Shown here: positions 9,306-15,628 of the stretch, in pieces | How positions within the stretch are numbered: position 1 is the stretch's first letter | How the letters are laid out: each line of letters begins with the position of its first letter | DNA from: Octopus sinensis | Taxonomy: Eukaryota | Assembly (NCBI RefSeq): GCF_006345805.1 | Contig: NW_021825429.1 | Coordinates: 1-15,628 of the forward strand | Direction of reading: 5' to 3' | Length of the DNA: 15,628 bases | Made by a program: the position numbers and the translations under genes | The notes under the pieces: model-generated | The model's database searches: none | The model's input: the letters and a program-made list of their open reading frames with translations, nothing else | What the model was told of the DNA's origin: nothing

Positions 9306-10220
9306 TCACAAATGACGAAAAAAAATTATTTCCAGATCTGTTATTCTGGAAGATTTGTGGCCTTTGATTAAACTGATGTTTGAAGACCCCAAATTCTGTG
9401 TTACTGGAGGTGGATTGGAAGGTAGGAGGCTAGAGTTGCTCGGGTTGTTTCTCCGTTCCTTGGACCTCCTGTTTTGAAACCAGACCTAACACTAGAGACC
9501 CCCATCCTGACTTGGATCACGCGAATTGGTAGTCCAGTCAATTTGGTCATTTCTTCCAATGTATGACGCGATGGCTTTCTTTCACTTTCGTACAATTCTG
9601 TAAGAAGCCCAATTTGGTGTGGTTTGATTGATGTCCTCCGTCCACGTTGTTTGCATTTTTTGAGGTTATTGTTGGCTTCATGGTTGGTTTGAACTTCCTC
9701 ACTAATGGATTCAGGCTTTTCAGGACTCCCATTCGCTTCCGAACAAGATTTAGGAGACTTTGATTTTCTTTTCGATTCCGCAGTGTTTTCAGTTTTTACT
9801 AAAAATAGCTCAATTACCAAACATATATTTTTGTGATAATAGTCCATGCAGTAAAGTGTGGATTTATCAGCATAGGAAAAGAAGTCCCCAGTTTTGAGTT
9901 CTTTATTACAACACCGACACTTGAGGCATTCAACATGATACATATGTGACTTGATGGTATACACCAATGTATTTAGTTCAATTTGGACCTTACACAACGG
10001 ACAAAACTTAAAATTCCTACAAACTAAGTTTTTATATAAACATTGTATAGTCGTTAAAACAGTAAATCTCGTCCCTCACGTAACAAAGATCTGTGAGTAC
10101 TTGAGAACACACAGAACACTGAAGACAGTTAGTGTGATAAAATGAGTCCATAAGACGCAAATGTGGGTTTTTTGTATAAATTACTTCTTTACATTTGGTA
10201 CATTTCAGTTGACCTTCCAT
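9306..10220 (-). CDS. Lhx1/5: LIM-homeodomain transcription factor, Lhx1/5 (Lim1/lin-11) class, 279 aa, 4 exons
   Basis: Exons 10220-10042, 10016-9823, 9798-9512 and 9485-9306; GT-AG introns of 25, 24 and 26 nt. It has two LIM domains (CTKC..H..C..C..C..C..D and CPLC..H..C..C..C..C). The homeodomain [34 protein letters not shown] matches the Lhx1/5 pattern [34 protein letters not shown]. The middle intron is stop-free and a multiple of 3, so it is inferred. The C-terminal stop (TGA 9308-9306) is moderately certain. Confidence 0.9.
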
Positions 10221-10929
10221 GCGGGGACAGCAACTAAAAACAGTAATGATAACTACGCTAATTATGTATAATGGAATGTTAGAGCGGTGTCTACGCTGAA
10301 AGTCGCTCTTTGATACGGTTTTAGCGACGCCGCAGGGGAGTGCAGTCAGATTAGCAAATACAATAAAATATATTTGAGATTAATAAAAACAAGTCATTTC
10401 CGACTCCTAGTGCAAACCATCCAACCTACTTTTAAGTACCACTCAATACCAAGCTAAAACCAAAGTATGATTATCTAACCACTAAAATACAGTTTTTAAC
10501 AGGCGTCTTCCAATCGGGCTGTTTGAGAGTAAATAGTACCAACTGGGTTAATCACTTAAGTTCATTTTCAAAATCATGGCAATCATAACAAGTCATTTTT
10601 TTAATTATATAAGTAATTATATTGCATCTGCTCGAATTGAGTTAGTAGTTTAATAAATTGATTTTTTGAGTTTTTGGCTAAAATCACTTTTTTAAAGAAT
10701 ACATTGAAATTTAATAATTGACTAATAATATAATCAATAAGCATCTGCAATAATTCTTGTACACAAAATTATGGAATTGATTATAATCAAAAAAATAATT
10801 GTAGTATTTCCAGACAATCATGTAAGTGAACTATAATTTACAGACAGTTATAAAATAACTCGATTTTTGGCACGTATCTAATATTTACTAGTTTACTAAA
10901 TTTATATTTTAGAAATCAATTATTGTACT

Positions 10930-11421
10930 AATTATGCCATACAAATATCATTTTTCGAATGATACTCCTTAAATATACTTTAAGTCAGATTAATTAATTG
11001 CACTTTCCATATAAAGCAGATTTAAAAAAATGTATGTAACTGTCAGTTTTGACCCAAAGAAAATTTGCCATCTTAGTTCTTATTCTTTCTAATGCAACCA
11101 GTGAGAGTGTTATCCGAAGCGTCGATACTAGGCTAATAGGTCTTAAGTTGGGTATGGTTTCTCTTTTTTTCCGGGTTTCTTTAGTGGAATTAACCATCCT
11201 TTGCCGAGGTCTAATAGGCTATTCTGCTCAAATTCTTTGTTCAGGATGTTTGCAATTGTTCTAGCAAGCTTAATTGGCGCGTACTTTATTAGTTCAGGTA
11301 GGATATTATCTAGTCCCCCGAACCTGACAGATAAATTAGGCCACACAAATATCATTTTTAGGATGATACTCCTTAAAAATAAATTGAATTAAATCAATTA
11401 TTCGCACTTCCAATATAAAGC
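10930..11421. repeat. Pair of 88-bp imperfect direct repeats (10930-11017 and 11334-11421)
   Basis: Ungapped hand alignment gives about 72/88 identity. The core acaaatatcattttt(c/a)g(a/g)atgatactccttaaa differs at only 2 of 33 positions. Confidence 0.85.
11045..11330 (-). mobile_element. RTE-like non-LTR RT N-terminal fragment
   Basis: GLDNILPELIKY..LGKGWLIPLKKPGK, then (frameshift) NLRPISLVSTLRITLS..RIRTKM, corresponding to RT domains 0-2. Confidence 0.8.
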
Positions 11422-11423
11422 CT

Positions 11424-11564
11424 CCGATGACCATATTGCACGCAACCTTGCGTCCAATGTCAATTTTTGGTACTTGGACGATGTTACCTTTGGAGGACAT
11501 TAACAAAATCACGTCTGGTTTCGCGGAGATCGGTCTATCTTTAAATGGTCGTAAGTGCGAACTC
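11424..11564 (+). mobile_element. CRE-like RT catalytic fragment (not in ORF track)
   Basis: IARNLASNVNFWYLDDVTFGG, then (frameshift) GFAEIGLSLNGRKCEL. WYLDD and GL.LN..KCE are typical of CRE-clade RTs. Confidence 0.75.
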
Positions 11565-11726
11565 GTACAGAGATTGGTTTAATCATCTCGAGGAGGAGTC
11601 ACGACAGTCGTGAAACGAGCTGGCTTTTTCAGCGGATATCGTTCGCGATATTACGTGGGAATTGCCTGTCCATCCGTTCGGCGACTCATCTAAATTAGTT
11701 AACTTCTCTTCTCTATTTTTCTTTAC

Positions 11727-12893
11727 GTGAATAATTCATGGCTTAAAAAAAATTTATATTCATTGCAAATTGACGAATCAACTGACGTAGCAGGAATTGC
11801 ACAGTTACTTATTTATATTCGTACTGAAAAGTCAGAAACTATTATTGAACAATTTCTTTTCTGCAAAACATTAGTTACTACTACTTGTGCAATTGATATG
11901 TACAATTTGATATTTGATTATTTTAATAAACATAATATGTCGCGAGCGCAGCGAGCGACCGAGCGCAGCGAGCGACCACTCAATTTCTAGATCCGATCAA
12001 TCAACAAATCTATAAATTGACAAATACCCAGGCTGGTATTTGGGTTAAATATATTCGATAACAAAATTTAAAATCGATGCCAAAGCAGAATGAGCTTTAA
12101 AACCGATTTCATAAATAAAAATAATATTTTAAAATTTATAATGGATATTTTAGAATAATGAGAAAAAATCTAAATGCTTCATAATTTATTAAAATGTCAA
12201 AACAAGAATCTTCTGAAGGAGCAAGCCTGTCTGCACAGTTCATTTTTGATTAGAAGACCTAATTTTAGAGATTAAAACGAAAAAATAGCAATGAGATCTG
12301 TTAAATTATTACCCCCCTCACAACCTAAACCAAATTAGCGTTCAGTATTCATTGATTTTACTTTTTCTATTAAGGTCTACTTATAAATTATTTTATGGGA
12401 TTCAATGGAAAACTTAAGTTATTTCAATTTTAATTTTAAATCATGTTAAAATTTTAAATAATTTAATAAATATATTTGTTGATGACAGGCTTGTTAGCTG
12501 TCAAAGTCGCGTCTAGCGCTCGGTCGCGCGCTGCGCTCGCGACATAATATTTCCTTTAAAAATTGTGTTGGTGTATGCACAGATGGGGCACCATCTATGT
12601 CTGGAAGACTTAATGGACTTGTATATTGTTTTATTATATGATTAATTCAGGTTTCTTTACTATTTGTGTGAAAAGGGATTTTCTGCATTACAAAACATTA
12701 AAACAAATAAGCGAAAAAATCTACTGGATTTAGATTCAGAAATGCGACTGGCCTTATCAAATATTGAGCCAGACATAGAAAAATTATGTAAAAATAATAA
12801 ATTTTATAATTATGTTTTGATTTTTGATTATGTGCCGCGAGATTATTTTTTATTAGCATTTGCGCCGCGAGAAATTTCTCGTGAAAACCTATG
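11727..12893 (+). mobile_element. hAT (Buster/Charlie, ZBED5/8-like) transposase relic, internally deleted and interrupted by a MITE
   Basis: YSLQIDESTDVAGIAQLLIYIR..EQFLFCKTL..FDYFNKHN rejoins across the MITE to ISFKNCVGVCTDGAPSMSGRLNGL. It then jumps to the C-terminal YLCEKGFSAL.NIKTNKR..LDSEMRLALSNIEPDIEKL. Subterminal tg(t/c)gccgcgaga occurs twice (12831, 12861). The right end near ctatg 12893 is tentative; no left TIR was seen. Confidence 0.88.
11938..12544. mobile_element. 607-bp non-autonomous TIR element (MITE) with TGT..ACA ends and 5-bp TSD
   Basis: 29-bp TIRs tgtcgcgagcgcagcg(a/c)gcgaccgagcgc (11938-11966 and 12516-12544, 1 mismatch). TAATA is duplicated (11933-37, 12545-49). Excision restores the hAT reading frame. 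The interior is AT-rich with no recognisable protein. Confidence 0.92.
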
Positions 12894-12987
12894 ATGTAAA
12901 TAATCCCGATATTTTTTTCCCATAAAAATAAATAGAATAATGACAAATAGTTATTAACTATGCATATTCAATTATCCCGATATTAAG

Positions 12988-13356
12988 TTGAAATTAACGG
13001 AGATCATATGCAATTATTCACAAATAATAGATATTCTCAAAGTTTCGGAATGTTGCGACTATTCAATCAATCGGGAATATTATGACATAGAAGGACTACA
13101 TTTTTATGATGATAAGGCAAATATTAAAAATTATATGAATAAAAGAATGGAGGAAAACGGATTTAAACCTATTATTGAGATGACTGAACCGAAAATTAGC
13201 CAACGAGATTATTTTTTACTTTCACGCTGTCAGGCATCCTCTGCATCCGTTGAAAGAGCTATTAAAATGCTGAAAAATATTTTAAAAAAGATAGAAACTT
13301 CTATCCAGACAATATCAAGCATTACTTCTTATTATATTACAATAAATAAAATTTAA
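12988..13356 (+). mobile_element. Second hAT-like transposase C-terminal relic (distinct family)
   Basis: LLSRCQASSASVERAIKMLKNILKK and the frameshifted KDRNFYPDNIKHY resemble the S.SVERSFS.L..LL.KDRNF hAT dimerisation-type C-terminus. Confidence 0.65.
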
Positions 13357-14279
13357 ATGTTATTTTTATTATTAAATGTTTAATTTAAATGTGATCATTG
13401 ATCACGAAAATATTATGCGAATTGGGGAAATGTTAATAAAATTAATTAAAAAACATAAAATTTCTGATTTTTTGAATATAAATAATTTTATGTATTTAGT
13501 CATTTTTACATAAAAAGAAAGATTTAATCTATATTGTAAGTTAATGTTTCAACTATAAAATATTATTTAAATTGCAAAAAATCGGCAGATTCGAGAGGTT
13601 TTAATAATAATGAAAAAAATAATTAAAGGAACAAACAAATAAAATCGAGTTATAAAATTGTTATTCAGAAAATTTTTTAAAAAAATAAGAGAAAATTTGA
13701 TAAATAATATGACTAAGAAAATAATAGTGTTTAGAAGTTTCAAAATAAATAAAAGAAACAGATTAAAGGAATAAAACCAGAAATATACAAAAAATGATGA
13801 AATTTCAGATAATTTAATTATTAAAAGAAATCACATCTCGCATTATTCCTTCTACATCCAATTAAATAAAAAATAAAGTGTGATCAAAAATTAATAAAAT
13901 ACAACAAAGTGAATCGACTCCGTAATAACACGTGGCTTAATTTATTAAGTTTTCTAGTAAAAATTAAGATAATGAAAAATAATTAATAAAAATAAATTTT
14001 ATTTTAATTACAAAAAAATTGTACTAAACTTTATTTTGAGAAAATCTTTACGTGTCATTTTTAATAGTTCGCAGGTCTAGCTGCAAAAAATAAGTGAATT
14101 TCTAAATAACAAAAAACGGACTAAAGTATAAAATTGGAATGATTTATGAAAATGTTTAAATTTCAAGCATAATGAATGGATTAGTTAGTTCGTGAATATT
14201 CTTTAGAATCTGTAGCAAATACGGAAAGTGGAAATTCGTACTATGAAATTCAAAATCCGAACAAAAGTCAATAAATTAA

Positions 14280-15627
14280 TGTCACAGGCTGGATAATGGC
14301 CTGGGTTGGATAATACCCCCTTAAAAATTTTATTAAAGTCAAACAAAAATAACCTGATAATTAATTAAAAATAACTTGATAATGGAATTAAGTCGATTTA
14401 TTCAATTTTTTATCAGTTTTTTGATTGAATGAATTTTTCCAAGAGTCGGCAAAAACCGGCATCACAAATTTTTCCGAATCAATAACGTATTTTATTATAA
14501 TTATACAATCTTTTAGGTCTACAATTTATAAACAAATATTAAAAATTGATGAATTTTTATTATATAAAAATTTTCTATAAGAGTCATATTTTTTTATGCG
14601 ACTTTTGTGTAGATGTTTGGATGATTTGTCATTCAGATCTTTAAGTGCGCACGTGTCTTTATGAACTTCCGATATTTCATATATAGTTGAATCGATCTGA
14701 TCGTATAGGGGGTATTTTCGATTATTTGGATTTGTATCAATATCATGTCTCAGTAGGACATTATCTCCTACGGCTAAATCTTCATCAAATTTCCATTTCC
14801 GCCTCCTTTTCATTTTTTCTCCGGGAAGAACATGGCTTTCATGTTCTGTTGATTCAAACAATCGTCCTCGTTTTCGAAATAATCGGATCCAATTATCTCT
14901 GATTGACTTTATTCAACCGCTTCATTTCCATCGAATGACAATAACGCCGATCTTATTTCTTCCGGGATTAACTTATTTCCTCGCATAAAAATTTCGAAAG
15001 GTGTCCTCTTGGTCGTTCCATGCTTCGCCATGTTATATTTATTTATAAACGATGCTTCGCCGGCTTAGTCGCCATCAACTTTTTTGAATAGTTCAATACA
15101 TATGCACCTGATAGTGAACGCATTTTGAGATCACAGCAGTAATTTCGTCTCGGGTTACTGCATAAATTTCCTTTCTCAATATCGAAAGCAATTTATCTCT
15201 CCCAAAATGTGTCCTCATATGTTCGATCTATAATAATTATTAGTTTAAGTTCCTTTTCTTCTTTGGGAAACCTTCCTCTTCGAAAATTAACTGTTCTGTT
15301 AATTTTCTGTATCTTTTTTTCAAATTTCTGAAATCGGTCAATATAAAAAAACATCTATTTGAATATTTTTGATTACTTCAAGTTCATCTTCGGTAAGGTT
15401 GAGTAAAACCATTTCTGAAATATAAATTTGATCGATTATACTTATTATTTTTCCAATTTGGAAAACTTAGATAACCAAAATAAATTTGCACGCTAGATTA
15501 ATTTGAAAAAAAACTTTGATAAATTACTAAAATAATTAAGAAAATCAAAAAATCTAATCAAAATTAATTTGAAAAAATAACGTTGAGGGGGCATTATCCA
15601 ACCCAGGGCATTATCCAGCCTGTGACA
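14280..15627 (-). mobile_element. Ginger/TDD-like integrase-type DNA transposon, deletion derivative with intact TIRs
   Basis: 40-bp TIRs tgtcacaggctggataatg(g/c)cctgggttggataat(a/g)ccccc at 14280-14319 and 15588-15627 (2 mismatches). The minus-strand relic starts at ATG 15412: zinc-finger-like HMRTHFGRDKLL..ISKCVHY, then FINKYNMAKHGTTKRTPFEIF and a C-terminal LAVGDNVLLR..IYEISEV. The DDE core is missing. No RT or LTR is present. The right TSD lies outside the window. Confidence 0.82.
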
Positions 15628-15628
15628 A

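Noticed and set aside
10388-10598. 12-bp direct repeat aacaagtcattt as the TSD of an insertion
   Set aside because: An AT-rich 12-mer match is near chance level for this window, and the enclosed segment has no TIR, tail or ORF.
11585-11695. Hammerhead-ribozyme-like strings (cacgac-a-gtcgtg followed by GAAAC on plus; agatgagtc..ggac on minus)
   Set aside because: Neither strand has an intact CUGAnGA core together with a correctly placed GAAA and stems I/III.
10930-11700. CRISPR-like repeat-spacer array
   Set aside because: Only two repeats, 88 bp long and about 82% identical, with no cas genes and in a eukaryotic context. Kept only as a direct-repeat finding.
1839-12946. ORF-track entries 1839-2060(-), 2333-2563(-), 4901-5104(+), 7101-7304(+), 8335-8544(-), 9547-9732(-), 9951-10145(+), 11049-11264(+), 11201-11392(+), 12698-12946(-) and 14687-14902(+) as genes
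   Set aside because: They are antisense or off-frame shadows of identified genes or TE relics, with no recognisable motifs.
14125-14273. Short spliced ORF (GLKYKIGMIYEN|LVREYSLESVANTESGNSYYEIQNPNKSQ*)
   Set aside because: Bounded by stops, no recognisable family, and it could arise by chance in AT-rich DNA.
1-15628. tRNA, rRNA, snRNA or spliced-leader genes
   Set aside because: No cloverleaf, rRNA-conserved block or convincing Sm-site plus stem-loop arrangement was found by eye. A covariance-model search would be needed to exclude divergent ones.

Overview
AT-rich eukaryotic, almost certainly animal, DNA; no prokaryotic features, rRNA, tRNA or CRISPR are supportable. Two apparently intact host genes can be rebuilt by hand: an OSTF1-like gene (degenerate SH3 plus ankyrin repeats; +, 5683-6495, 7 exons) and an Lhx1/5-type LIM-homeobox gene (-, 9306-10220, 4 exons). 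Both are split by ultra-short GT-AG introns: seven of nine are 24-26 nt, the others 32 and 65 nt. In all nine, the acceptor is the first AG lying more than 20 nt from the donor. This points to a reduced parasitic metazoan (dicyemid-, orthonectid- or myxozoan-like; inference only). Much of the remaining DNA is dead mobile elements: Tc1, pogo/Tigger (TIRs intact, with a nested retro-insertion), two hAT types, a TGT..ACA MITE with a 5-bp TSD, a Ginger-like integrase element with 40-bp TIRs, two more integrase relics, and non-LTR fragments of APE-type, RTE-like, CRE-like and R4/Dong-like groups. All family calls come from motifs recognised by eye, not from database searches.
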